From the NCBI GenBank assembly GCA_028280285.1, contig JANQMA010000026.1:822-64821 (forward strand): 64,000 nucleotides of DNA, given 5' to 3'. Made by a program: the position numbers and the translations under genes. Below are positions 38,409 through 47,916 of the stretch, in pieces. Numbering within the stretch: position 1 is the first letter of the stretch; the number at the start of each line of letters is the position of its first letter. A model generated the notes under the pieces. It saw only the letters and a list, made by a program, of their open reading frames with translations. It did not search any database and had not been told where the DNA came from. The DNA comes from Candidatus Omnitrophota bacterium (GTDB lineage Bacteria; Omnitrophota; Gorgyraeia; Zapsychrales; Zapsychraceae).

Positions 38409-39756
38409 GATTGTTTGAAAACATCACTTTAAAATTAAAAAATAATACCGATGGCAGAAGATAGAACATAATACGCTTAAGCGTAAATGTCAATCGCCAC
38501 GCTAAATCAAAATTGATTGTCGTTAAGTAGATTATGATAATTACACCACAATAACCTAAAAAGAAAAGCGTGAATAATATATTTTTTTTATCAAAGTATT
38601 GCCTGATCGACAAAATAAACATGGCCAGGATTAAGATCCAAATATAAGCCCATTGCGGGTGTATCAGTTGCACGAGAAATGCTTTTAGAATTAATAGAAG
38701 TCCGTTGAGATTCAAAAATTCATATTCGACATTACTTGCAAATAAAACAATATCGGGATTTTTAGGCGTGAGAAACAGTTTAAATGATGCTGTGATAGCG
38801 GCGATGGCTGCATAGGCCACCATTAGATATATTATGTGTTTCAGATGTTTTTTGTCTTTGAGTTGACGGATCACTAGATGAAGAGTCATGAGCGCTATCA
38901 GGATAAGGCTTAGGACAATGCCTTCATTTTTGGTAAATGTCATAAGCCCTAAAAAGATACCGGTTAAAAGACACAATCGCGGATCTTGATGTTTGAAGTA
39001 AAGCGCTATGCTGAGAAAAGAGGCGAGCAGATAAAAGGCCAGGAGAATATCTGCATATTGTGAGGTCGATAATAAGATGTAATAGGGATTGCCTAACATA
39101 AGAATAGCGGCCAATAAAGCTATTTCTCGTCGGATAAATTGTTTGAGTCCTGTAAATAAAAGCAGACCTGTTGAGCCGGATAATACAATGGCTGTTATGA
39201 AGGGTATTTTATTTATACTGGTTTTGGCAAAGGACAAAAGCCATGTATTGATGCAAGACAGCAGTAAAGGATAGTCCGGCTGTGCGTGCCAATGGATTTC
39301 TGTAAATATACTTTTCCACTCTTTGCCGCCCAACAGCATGAATTTTGTTTTCATATTCCATAAAGCCCAGCCGTCCCAGCCCCCATAAGGATAGCGTGCA
39401 GCAAGTAAGCCCACACAGGCCGTTAACGCAATAAACACGATCAAGGCAAAGTAGTCAAAGACGGATTTATCTTTTATCTGCATTATTATGTCTGTGAATG
39501 TATTTTTGATATGGTTACGGTCAATGATAATAAAAGTTATGAGTATCAGGATATGCAATGCGATCAAAAAAAAGGGGGAATAGTGGCCAAATCCTAATAA
39601 TGTTAAAAATGTCAGTAGTCCGGATAAACCAAGCCCAAGGCCTAGGGCCAGCGCGCATTTTAACCCAATGCTGATGATTTTAGATGTGCCGGTGATTTTT
39701 TCAATGAGTAAAAACCCGATAAGGCTTGAAATGATATAGGAAAGCGCTAATGTCAT
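38398..39756 (-). CDS. Polytopic membrane protein, ArnT/PMT-like (GT-C fold) glycosyltransferase candidate
   Basis: 452 aa and highly hydrophobic. The call rests on architecture and operon context only; no catalytic motif was verified. Confidence 0.4.
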   Translation of the reverse strand: MTLALSYIISSLIGFLLIEKITGTSKIISIGLKCALALGLGLGLSGLLTFLTLLGFGHYSPFFLIALHILILITFIIIDRNHIKNTFTDIIMQIKDKSVFDYFALIVFIALTACVGLLAARYPYGGWDGWALWNMKTKFMLLGGKEWKSIFTEIHWHAQPDYPLLLSCINTWLLSFAKTSINKIPFITAIVLSGSTGLLLFTGLKQFIRREIALLAAILMLGNPYYILLSTSQYADILLAFYLLASFLSIALYFKHQDPRLCLLTGIFLGLMTFTKNEGIVLSLILIALMTLHLVIRQLKDKKHLKHIIYLMVAYAAIAAITASFKLFLTPKNPDIVLFASNVEYEFLNLNGLLLILKAFLVQLIHPQWAYIWILILAMFILSIRQYFDKKNILFTLFFLGYCGVIIIIYLTTINFDLAWRLTFTLKRIMFYLLPSVLFFNFKVMFSNNHES

Positions 39757-40172
39757 TTGATTTTTATCGCAATGGTTTTACCGTGTTTGTTGATATAAAG
39801 GGGTTTAAGTTTGTGTTGTTGCAAAATGGCCACCAGGGCTTCTTTGCTGGTTGTGCTGATGATGTTTACTGTGTGTGTTTGGCCAAGATCAAGAACGATG
39901 GGGGCCAGGGCATACTGGGCCATCAGAAATTCGCCATCATTTTTTTCAGAAGAGACGTCCTTATTGGTGAGATAGCCGGCTATTTTAAGGCTCTTGAGTT
40001 TGTCTTTCAGGTCTAGAAAAGCGGCCCCGGGGTAGGGCTTGTCATTACTCCAATTTTTCCTAACTTTAATGATTTCAGGTGTTAATGTATAAAACGAAAT
40101 AATAGTAAGAATAATAGCACTGCAGAGCACACAAAACTGCAGGACTTGGGTATATCTTTGGGTCAATTTCAT
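39753..40172 (-). CDS. Small membrane-anchored hypothetical protein
   Basis: 139 aa with one N-terminal TM helix. First gene of the minus-strand operon, with a 4-nt overlap with the next gene. Confidence 0.45.
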   Translation of the reverse strand: MKLTQRYTQVLQFCVLCSAIILTIISFYTLTPEIIKVRKNWSNDKPYPGAAFLDLKDKLKSLKIAGYLTNKDVSSEKNDGEFLMAQYALAPIVLDLGQTHTVNIISTTSKEALVAILQQHKLKPLYINKHGKTIAIKIK

Positions 40173-40329
40173 AAGAATGTAACGGGTTGGATTTCAGATA
40201 TTTGCAAGAATTATACTATATTGCCCTTTAAATAGAAATAAAAACTTTGAAATTAATACTAATAAAGTATAATAATGGCTGTAAACTTCATAAACACAAC
40301 TTTTTCCCAATCCCATCAAAGGAATAAGA

Positions 40330-41343
40330 ATGGTTAATATTGGTATTATCGGCTGTGGTCATTGGGGGCCGAATCATATACGCGTGTTTACTCAGCTTAA
40401 AGGGTGTGAGGCGGTTATCTGTAGTGATTTGGACGCAGAGAGGCTTGCCAAAATGAAGGCCGTTTATCCCGACATTGAAACAACACAAGATTATAAGCCA
40501 GTGTTTGAAAATGACGATATTCATGCGGTGTGCGTATCGACCCCAACTAATACGCATTATCAAATAACCAAAGAAGCGCTTCAGGCAGGCAAGCATGTGT
40601 TGTGTGAAAAACCATTGGCATTAACATACGAAGAATCCAATGAGTTATACCAGTTGGCTCAAGAGGTGGACAAAATTTTGATGGTGGGCCATGTTTTTCT
40701 GTTTAATGCAGGGATATTGTGGCTTAAAGAATTTATTGATAGCGGTGAGCTGGGCGATGTACAATATGCTTACGCTACACGTACTAATTTGGGTCCGTTT
40801 AGATATGATGTGAATGCATTGTGGGATTTGGCGCCACATGATATATCCATTTTCAATTTTTTATTTAATGCCCCACCCTTTAGCGCATCCGGGCGCGGAC
40901 ATAAATGTTTGGGTAACACGTTAGAAGATCTGGCCTTTGCCGCGCTTAATTATGACAATAATGTTGTGGCGCACCTTCATGTCAGCTGGCTGGATCCTAA
41001 AAAGGTGCGGCAAATAACGGTTGTTGGGGATAAGAAGATGGTTGTGTGGGATGATTTGGATGGGGAAGGGCCGATTAAGGTGTATGATAAATATGTCGAG
41101 AAAACATCACGGTTTTACGAAACGTACGGGGAGTTTCAATTACTGTCCAAAGAAGGAAGTATTACAATTCCCAAGATCCCATCACAAGAACCGCTGAAGG
41201 CGCAAGGCCAATTTTTTCTTGATTGCATTAATGCAAAAGAATCGGTTGAAAAAGTCGACGGGCATAAAGCAGGCGACGTGATTAAAACACTGATAGCGGT
41301 ACAAAAGTCGATGGATAGCGATGGGAAGACTTTGACTTTGTAG
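40330..41343 (+). CDS. Gfo/Idh/MocA-family sugar-nucleotide oxidoreductase (WbpB-like), copy 3
   Basis: IGIIGCGHWGPN Rossmann and EKPLA motifs. Clearly paralogous to 17446..18513. Confidence 0.75.
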   Translation: MVNIGIIGCGHWGPNHIRVFTQLKGCEAVICSDLDAERLAKMKAVYPDIETTQDYKPVFENDDIHAVCVSTPTNTHYQITKEALQAGKHVLCEKPLALTYEESNELYQLAQEVDKILMVGHVFLFNAGILWLKEFIDSGELGDVQYAYATRTNLGPFRYDVNALWDLAPHDISIFNFLFNAPPFSASGRGHKCLGNTLEDLAFAALNYDNNVVAHLHVSWLDPKKVRQITVVGDKKMVVWDDLDGEGPIKVYDKYVEKTSRFYETYGEFQLLSKEGSITIPKIPSQEPLKAQGQFFLDCINAKESVEKVDGHKAGDVIKTLIAVQKSMDSDGKTLTL

Positions 41344-41356
41344 ATAAGGAAGATGA

Positions 41357-41857
41357 ATGGAATATTTCAAACATGAACAAGCTATAGTTGATGATAAGGC
41401 TCAAATCGGCCGTGGAACACGTATTTGGGCGTTTTCCAATATTCAAGAAGGTGCTGTTGTCGGAGAGGATTGTAACTTGTGCGACGGATGTTTTATAGAA
41501 GGCGGGGCGGTTGTCGGGAATAATGTAACGGTTAAACATCATGTTTCGATTTTTGATGGGGTGACGATTGAAGATGATGTTTTTATCGGATCTAATATTG
41601 CGTTTATCAATGACAGGTTTCCGCGCAGCAAGGCGCATGATATTGAGTGGGACAAGACATTGATCAAACAAGGGGCGTCGATCGGCACTAATGCTGTTGT
41701 ATTAGGTGGTATTACCGTCGGGCGCTATGCCTTTGTCGGGGCCGGCAGTGTGGTAACGCGTGATGTGCCTGATTATGGGCTTGTTTACGGTAATCCGGCT
41801 CAATTGCATGGGTATGTGACCAAAGACGGAAAGCGCACAGACCAGCCACCTGAGTGA
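41357..41857 (+). CDS. Left-handed beta-helix N-acetyltransferase (WbpD-like), copy 2
   Basis: Hexapeptide repeats. Colinear with 23962..24543 but lacks its Cys-rich tail. Confidence 0.7.
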   Translation: MEYFKHEQAIVDDKAQIGRGTRIWAFSNIQEGAVVGEDCNLCDGCFIEGGAVVGNNVTVKHHVSIFDGVTIEDDVFIGSNIAFINDRFPRSKAHDIEWDKTLIKQGASIGTNAVVLGGITVGRYAFVGAGSVVTRDVPDYGLVYGNPAQLHGYVTKDGKRTDQPPE

Positions 41858-41863
41858 TAAATT

Positions 41864-41977
41864 TTATTCGGTTATAGTTACGGTTGCGAAGCCCGCTTCG
41901 TATGTTCGTTTAACGGTTGTCGTCATAAAACACGTTTAACGTAACCAAAAGCCGATACGGGCATCGATACCGAATAA
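41864..41977. repeat. Long imperfect inverted repeat with TTATTCGG...CCGAATAA ends (family D-related)
   Basis: ttattcgg at 41864-41871 pairs with ccgaataa at 41970-41977. Inner pairing is cggttgcgaagcccg with cgggcatcgataccg. The arm resembles 45191-45221 and 55389-55418. Confidence 0.35.
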
Positions 41978-42015
41978 CGAATGACATAACCGGATTATTG
42001 ATAAACTGAAAAAAT

Positions 42016-42750
42016 ATGTCCAATAGAATTCTAGTAAGCCCGATAGCGTTCAATGAGAATGTTAAGTTAAAGAGTGTTATCGACCGTTTTTTGACATCGC
42101 GTTTTTATGGACAGGCCGATTATTTGGTGATGGATGATTGTTCTGATGACGGCACTTCGGCCATTGTGGCAGAATATGCAGCGCAAGGTGTTAAGACAAT
42201 CCGGCATGATCAACGCAGCGGTGTCGGCGCATCGATTCGCACGGTTATTCAATATGCGCGTGAGCACGGTTACACTATTTTGGTGATTATGGCGGGCAAT
42301 GATAAAGACAATCCGGAAGAAATTTCTGCTCTTGTGGATCCGATCGTTAAGGAAGACTATGATTTTGTCCAGGGTTCGCGTTATTTAAAAAAAGATGGCG
42401 TCGGAGGAGATATGCCGTTTTACCGTAAGATTGCAACACGCATTCATCCGCTTCTTATGCGTGTTATTACCGGTAAAAAAGTTACCGATACAACTAATGG
42501 TTTTCGTGCATTTAAATTGTCTATTTTCGACGATGATCGTATTAATATTGATCAAACATGGCTTAATCAATATGAATTAGAGCCGTATGTTTTGTATAAA
42601 GTATTAAAATGCGGATACAAATGTAAAGAGGCGCCGGTGACAAAAATATATCCATCTAGATCTTTAGGCTATACAAAAATGAAGCCTCTTGTCGGATGGT
42701 GGAGTATTTTAAAGCCGCTGATTTATTTAGGGTTAGGGATTAAAAAGTAA
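42016..42750 (+). CDS. Family-2 glycosyltransferase
   Basis: LVMDDCSDDGT and GT-A core. 244 aa. Confidence 0.6.
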   Translation: MSNRILVSPIAFNENVKLKSVIDRFLTSRFYGQADYLVMDDCSDDGTSAIVAEYAAQGVKTIRHDQRSGVGASIRTVIQYAREHGYTILVIMAGNDKDNPEEISALVDPIVKEDYDFVQGSRYLKKDGVGGDMPFYRKIATRIHPLLMRVITGKKVTDTTNGFRAFKLSIFDDDRINIDQTWLNQYELEPYVLYKVLKCGYKCKEAPVTKIYPSRSLGYTKMKPLVGWWSILKPLIYLGLGIKK

Positions 42751-42771
42751 ACCATAACAAAGGATATTATT

Positions 42772-43044
42772 ATGAAAAAACTGTTTCTTGTTGTTTTGTG
42801 TTTAAGTGCCGTTGGATGTGCAGACATGTCGAAAGAGGGAATTAAGTTTAGAGAATATTTTATGCAGCCACGTAATTTTATTAATGATCCGCATTTTGCT
42901 GATTATAAAGCCAAAAGAGATGCGATTGAAAGTATGTATTTAAGTAAAGAGATTGATTATGTCGAATATACACGGCGTATGGAAGACTTAGAGAATAAAT
43001 ATACCGCCGAGGTTCAGGCGAGGGACTATAAAATTCATAATTAA
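42772..43044 (+). CDS. Small lipoprotein, unknown function
   Basis: MKKLFLVVLCLSAVGC lipobox. Confidence 0.5.
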   Translation: MKKLFLVVLCLSAVGCADMSKEGIKFREYFMQPRNFINDPHFADYKAKRDAIESMYLSKEIDYVEYTRRMEDLENKYTAEVQARDYKIHN

Positions 43045-43046
43045 TC

Positions 43047-43787
43047 ATGCGACTATTCGGTAAAAATCCAGTTATAGAGCGCTTACGTTCTGACCCGCAA
43101 AGTATCCAAAAGATTTATATTGAAGAGGGAACAAGCGGGGCGGCGTTAGTGCGTAAAAAAGCTAAACAGCATAATATCCCTGTTATGACGGTCAATGCGT
43201 CTAAAATGATTAAAATGGCGCGTCATAAAAACACACAGGGTGTTATGAGTGTCATCACGGGCTTTGAATATGAAGACTATGACGACTTGCTGGCCAATGC
43301 GCTTAAAAACAAGCGTTGTCCCATATTTTTAGACGGTATCACCGATCCTCAAAATCTCGGGGCTATGATTCGTAGTGTGGCCTGCCTCGGCAAATTCGCG
43401 ATTGTCTTACCAACACATGATTCGGTGGGTGTGACCGAAACAGTTTTGCGTATTGCCTCCGGCGGAGAGAACTATGTTCCTATTGCGCAGGTCGCTAATA
43501 TCAACAAGGCACTACGCAAGGCTAAAGATTTAGGCTTTTGGATTATTGGTTCGGTTGTTGACAATGGTGAGGTTCTGGGGGAGGCGAGTCTTCCTCTGCC
43601 TAATGCGCTCGTGATCGGCTCAGAACAAAAAGGTATCCGTGAAGTTATTTTGAAAAACATTGATGTTAAGGTGACCATTCCTATGTCGGCACAGACATTA
43701 TCATTTAATGCATCGCATGCCGCAAGTATCCTATGTTATGAAATCACAAGGCAAAAAAAAGAGCACAAAAAAGAAAAAAGCAAATAA
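43047..43787 (+). CDS. rlmB: SpoU/TrmH-family 23S rRNA 2'-O-methyltransferase (RlmB-like)
   Basis: N-terminal substrate-binding domain followed by SPOUT motifs (DGITDPQNLGAMIRS, LVIGSEQKGI, IPM...SLNASHAA). Confidence 0.75.
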   Translation: MRLFGKNPVIERLRSDPQSIQKIYIEEGTSGAALVRKKAKQHNIPVMTVNASKMIKMARHKNTQGVMSVITGFEYEDYDDLLANALKNKRCPIFLDGITDPQNLGAMIRSVACLGKFAIVLPTHDSVGVTETVLRIASGGENYVPIAQVANINKALRKAKDLGFWIIGSVVDNGEVLGEASLPLPNALVIGSEQKGIREVILKNIDVKVTIPMSAQTLSFNASHAASILCYEITRQKKEHKKEKSK

Positions 43788-44361
43788 TACATACGTTAAT
43801 GCATTAAACTTTTTCGCCGAGGCCGGACTTCTTAAACATGTAAAAAGAAGCGGGTGGTGGGTGGCAGGCATCAAGGATCCGGAAAGTGTCGCCGAGCATT
43901 CTTTTCGTTGTGCGATTATTGCGTATTATTTAGCGCATTTGGAATGTGTTGATGCCAGCCGCACAATGCTTATGGCACTTTTCAATGATATCCATGAGGC
44001 GCGGATTAATGATTTGCATAAAATGGGACACTATTATATCGATTTTAGAGATGCTGAGAAAAAAGTATTTGCCGATCAAATATACAGGTTGGATCCTTCT
44101 GTTCAAAAAGATATGACACATTTCAGAAAAGAATATGAAGCACAAAAAACTAAAGAAAGTATAGTCGCGCGTGATGCGGATGTGTTGGAATGTTTGCTGC
44201 AGGCTAAAGAATATGTAGATAACGGGTATACAAAGGCAAAGAAGTTTTTTCAAAAAGCGCCGGATTTTTTACACACAGTTTCGGCTAAAAAGATATGGAA
44301 GGAAGTTAAAACCTGGGACAGCGGCAGCTGGTGGGAAGAGGTTGTGAAATTTGAGCGATGA
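43738..44361 (+). CDS. HD-domain phosphohydrolase (YfbR/5'-deoxynucleotidase-like)
   Basis: LKHVKRSGW...ESVAEHSF...NDIHEARINDL HD motifs. The start is uncertain (43708 or 43738); both overlap rlmB. Confidence 0.6.
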   Translation: MKSQGKKKSTKKKKANNTYVNALNFFAEAGLLKHVKRSGWWVAGIKDPESVAEHSFRCAIIAYYLAHLECVDASRTMLMALFNDIHEARINDLHKMGHYYIDFRDAEKKVFADQIYRLDPSVQKDMTHFRKEYEAQKTKESIVARDADVLECLLQAKEYVDNGYTKAKKFFQKAPDFLHTVSAKKIWKEVKTWDSGSWWEEVVKFER

Positions 44362-44370
44362 CCTTGCTCA

Positions 44371-45180
44371 TTGATTGGCAAAAAACAGACTATGGTTTTT
44401 TTTCGTTTTTATATTTTTTTCATTCTTGTTCTTTTGATAATGGCGCAAGGATGCGCCTCTTTCGGCACGTATAACCCAGCGACGGGGAAAAAAGAGTTTG
44501 TCGCCGTGTCAACGCGTCAAGAAATCAGTATGGGCGCGACCGTTCACAATCGGCTCAAACAGAGGATGACGTTTTCGAATGATCCTGTGAAGTTAAGCCG
44601 GCTTGAAAAGATTGGTCAGCGCGTGGCCCTTGTCTCCGATAGACAGGATTATATATATCAGTTTTATTTGGTTGAAGACGAGACTTTAAATGCCTTTACC
44701 ACGCCGGGGGGCAATATTTATTTTAATACCGGGCTTATGGAAAAATTAGAAAATGATGATCAGGTTGCCTTTGTCATCGCACATGAGATCGGGCACTGTG
44801 CCGCTAAACATGTGGCGAAAAAATATCAGGCGGCGCTCGGTTATGATTTAATCGGGTCGATCATTCTTGATCAAGTTTCGGGAGGAGGCTATGCCAAAAG
44901 CCTGGCATCGCTCGGTTCCGATGTTCTGATGAATTTGGTGTTTTCAGCCTACAGTCGTAAGGATGAACGCGAGGCGGATCTTTTAGCCGTTAAATATTCT
45001 TACCTTGCCGGGTATGACCCGGAAGAAGGGGTTAAGACGTTCATTATCTTGAAGAAACATTCTAAGGGAACAATGGTTCCGCATATGTTGCGTTCTCATC
45101 CCGACTTACTGGAAAGGATTGAAAATGTGGAAAAAGAAGCGAAAAGGGTCAAATTAGAATACGGAAAATTTTCAAAATAA
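44371..45180 (+). CDS. M48-family zinc metallopeptidase lipoprotein (BepA/YcaL-like)
   Basis: Lipobox MAQGC and zinc motif AHEIGHCAAKH. TTG 44371 or ATG 44392 could be the start. Confidence 0.75.
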   Translation: MIGKKQTMVFFRFYIFFILVLLIMAQGCASFGTYNPATGKKEFVAVSTRQEISMGATVHNRLKQRMTFSNDPVKLSRLEKIGQRVALVSDRQDYIYQFYLVEDETLNAFTTPGGNIYFNTGLMEKLENDDQVAFVIAHEIGHCAAKHVAKKYQAALGYDLIGSIILDQVSGGGYAKSLASLGSDVLMNLVFSAYSRKDEREADLLAVKYSYLAGYDPEEGVKTFIILKKHSKGTMVPHMLRSHPDLLERIENVEKEAKRVKLEYGKFSK

Positions 45181-45190
45181 GGTAAACTTA

Positions 45191-45221
45191 TTATTCGGCT
45201 CGAGTTAGCCGCTTGCATTGG
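45191..45221. repeat. Solo arm copy of the family D element
   Basis: ttattcggctcgagttagccgcttgcattgg matches 55389-55418 (ttattggttcgagttggccgcttgcattgg) at 28 of 31 positions. Confidence 0.6.
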
Positions 45222-45251
45222 AATACTACCTGACAAACTGGTGGAGTTATT

Positions 45252-45566
45252 ATGAAACGTATCGGTGTTGCCGCGAGTAAGATCGCAAAAGATAATTATT
45301 GGTTGTACTACTTTTATGTGATTTTGATCTCCCTTATGTTGTCTCTGCTGCTTTTTCTTGTGGTGGGAATGGTTGTTATCTTTGCCATTGCGGTTTTAAC
45401 ATATGTTGCTACCGAGCTTATGGGCTATGATTTTGCTGAAAAGCGCAATACTATCGTGACCATTTGTATGGCGACACTCACGGTGGTGATTCTCTTATTT
45501 AATGTTTTTTCCATACTGTGTAATATCAATTTTTCAAAAGAAAGTGACAAAAAGGTAGAAAATTAG
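45252..45566 (+). CDS. Small membrane protein, unknown function
   Basis: 104 aa with three hydrophobic helices. Confidence 0.4.
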   Translation: MKRIGVAASKIAKDNYWLYYFYVILISLMLSLLLFLVVGMVVIFAIAVLTYVATELMGYDFAEKRNTIVTICMATLTVVILLFNVFSILCNINFSKESDKKVEN

Positions 45567-45610
45567 GAAATATTTCCTTATGATCGAATTGTCTAATGGA
45601 AGGATAAAAA

Positions 45611-45961
45611 ATGGGCCAAAATGTTGTTGATTTAGATGAATTAAAAGAGCGCGTTCAAAACGATACTGAGCTTTTGCTTGAGTTGTTTGATATTTTTACA
45701 GAAGACTATGAGCCAAAGCGCAAGCAATTGGAAGCAAGCCTTTCGGGGGGTAATTTTGAAGAGGTTAGAAATATTGCGCATTCACTTAAAGGAGCCTCCG
45801 GGAACATATCTGCCAAAGATCTACGTGAAAAACTAATCATTTTTGAGGAAATGGGCGCAAAGAACGATGCGCAAGGTTTCGAAGACTTATTAAAAGAGCT
45901 CGATGCTTCTTACGCAGAGTTAGTTGTGCGGATTACGGAAATCAAAAAAGATTTAGCATAA
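45611..45961 (+). CDS. Hpt (histidine phosphotransfer) domain protein
   Basis: AHSLKGASGNISA motif with the phosphorylatable His. 116 aa. Confidence 0.75.
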   Translation: MGQNVVDLDELKERVQNDTELLLELFDIFTEDYEPKRKQLEASLSGGNFEEVRNIAHSLKGASGNISAKDLREKLIIFEEMGAKNDAQGFEDLLKELDASYAELVVRITEIKKDLA

Positions 45962-45986
45962 TAGACCCTTCCCTGGAGTTATCACA

Positions 45987-46691
45987 ATGTCCTCAATGAC
46001 GATAGCGATCGGCCTCTGTATTATCACGGTTATTTGTTTAGGTATTATCTTTATGATGCCTGATGAAAAGTCTATGGCGCAGAAAAGAAAACAAGAAAAG
46101 GCCGAAAGACGCCGTGAGAGGAAACAAGAACAGCAGACATCGCACAAAGATTGGGAAAAAACCGCTCGGCGCTATCAATCTCAACTGCACCAAGTCAAAA
46201 ATGAATTAGAGTCCCATGCTCAGCAGATACGTGAGCTTCAAAAACAGCTTTTAGCTGAGCAGGTTAAGACAGAAAAAATTAAAGAAAAATATAATAAAGT
46301 AAAAGAGTGGATTGCCAAAAAAGAAAGTGATGTCGGTAAAAAAGAAAAAGGAATGACGGATATCAAACAGGAGTTAAAAAAGGTTCAAGATCTTTATAGT
46401 GATGAGCATGTTAAAAATATTCATCTGCAAAAGCAACTGGATGAGCTTAAAAAAGAGCATGAATTAACCGTTGAACAAAGACGCCTGGCTGAAAATGAAA
46501 GCGCGACCCTCAAGGCGAAAAACGACATCCACCGTCAAGAAATAGCTCATCTCAAAAAGGACATCGCGATCTTAACCAAAAAAAAGAATGACGAAACCTT
46601 TGTGGCGCGGTCTGAGTTTTTAAAACTCGAAAAAGAATTAAAAGAAAAAAATAAAGAAATAGAACGCCTTAATCGGCAAAAAGAAAGTTAA
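45987..46691 (+). CDS. Membrane-anchored coiled-coil protein
   Basis: N-terminal TM helix followed by a K/E/Q-rich heptad-like sequence. Confidence 0.5.
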   Translation: MSSMTIAIGLCIITVICLGIIFMMPDEKSMAQKRKQEKAERRRERKQEQQTSHKDWEKTARRYQSQLHQVKNELESHAQQIRELQKQLLAEQVKTEKIKEKYNKVKEWIAKKESDVGKKEKGMTDIKQELKKVQDLYSDEHVKNIHLQKQLDELKKEHELTVEQRRLAENESATLKAKNDIHRQEIAHLKKDIAILTKKKNDETFVARSEFLKLEKELKEKNKEIERLNRQKES

Positions 46692-46742
46692 AGGGGTCAG
46701 AGCATTTTTTCATTCATGATGAAAAAATGCTCTGACCCCTTT
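46692..46742 (+). terminator. Canonical intrinsic terminator (perfect 22-bp stem, 5-nt loop, T-run)
   Basis: aggggtcagagcattttttcat (46692-46713) pairs perfectly with atgaaaaaatgctctgacccct (46719-46740), followed by tt. Confidence 0.85.
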
Positions 46743-46749
46743 AGGAGAT

Positions 46750-47916
46750 GATAAGATCCGCTTTGCTGAAAGAACAAATTGGGATTTCACCCCCAATGAA
46801 ATATCTGCACTTATTGACCGTTACAAAAAAGAAAAGACAGCCTATATCGATTTAACGGTCTCTAACCCTACGGAATGCGCATTTTCTTTTTATTCAAAAC
46901 ATTTATTAGGGCCATTCACGGCCATTGATAATCTCACATATCATCCAAGCTCCTCAGGGCTCGATGCTCCGCGCGCCGCAATTACTCAATACTATCATGA
47001 CGACGGTTATACTGTTGATTGTGAGCGTATTATTTTAACCGCGTCAACCTCGGAGAGCTATTCGTATCTTTTTAAGCTTTTATTAAATCCGGACGAAGAG
47101 GTATTGTGCCCTCAGCCAAGTTATCCATTATTTTCCTTTTTAGGTGATGTCAATGATGTACGGATGGTACCGTACAGATTAACCTATGCTGCGTCTTGGC
47201 GCATTGATTTCGATTCCTTGGAAAACAGTATTACAGATAGTACGCGTGCGGTTTTGTTGGTCAATCCGAATAATCCGACAGGGTCTTTTATTAAAAGAGA
47301 CGAAATCGAACGCCTCAATGGCATATGCCAAAAACATAATTTGGTGATTATGAGTGATGAAGTATTTAATAATTATGCGATTGATGATGAAGAAAAATTG
47401 TCACTTATAAATAACACAGAGGTGCTCACTTTCGTTTTAAGCGGGCTGTCAAAGGTATTGGCTTTGCCACAGATGAAATTGGCCTGGATTATTATGAATG
47501 GTCCGCACGATCAGATGAAAGACGCTTACAGCCGTCTGGAAATGATCGCCGATACATATTTGTCTGTCAGCACGCCTGTTCAAAATGCCTTGGTGCATTG
47601 GCTGTCATTAAGGAAAGAAATTCAAAATGACATACGCAATCGAATTGAAGACAATCTTGCAATTATCGAAAAATTACTGGATAATCATATATCCACACTG
47701 CTTAAATTTGAGGGTGGGTGGAGTGCGGTATTAAGGTTTAACGGCCTAACTGATGACTTTGCTTACAGGTTGCTTGATCAACACAAGGTCTATATCCATC
47801 CCGGTTATTTTTATGATTTTGATGAGGCGAGCTATTGTGTGCTAAGCTTATTGACACCGACGAACATATTAGCAGAGGGATTGGAGAGAATACTCAAATG
47901 TCAAAATGGAGGATAA
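46750..47916 (+). CDS. Class I/II PLP-dependent aminotransferase; true start codon unresolved
   Basis: The frame is open from 46723 and encodes a family-typical N-terminus (KIRFAERTNWDF...IDLTVSNPT...). PLP lysine is in SGLSKVLALPQMKLAW. No ATG/GTG/TTG occurs before TTG 47104, which lies inside the conserved VLCPQPSYP motif. Confidence 0.65.
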   Translation, partial: DKIRFAERTNWDFTPNEISALIDRYKKEKTAYIDLTVSNPTECAFSFYSKHLLGPFTAIDNLTYHPSSSGLDAPRAAITQYYHDDGYTVDCERIILTASTSESYSYLFKLLLNPDEEVLCPQPSYPLFSFLGDVNDVRMVPYRLTYAASWRIDFDSLENSITDSTRAVLLVNPNNPTGSFIKRDEIERLNGICQKHNLVIMSDEVFNNYAIDDEEKLSLINNTEVLTFVLSGLSKVLALPQMKLAWIIMNGPHDQMKDAYSRLEMIADTYLSVSTPVQNALVHWLSLRKEIQNDIRNRIEDNLAIIEKLLDNHISTLLKFEGGWSAVLRFNGLTDDFAYRLLDQHKVYIHPGYFYDFDEASYCVLSLLTPTNILAEGLERILKCQNGG

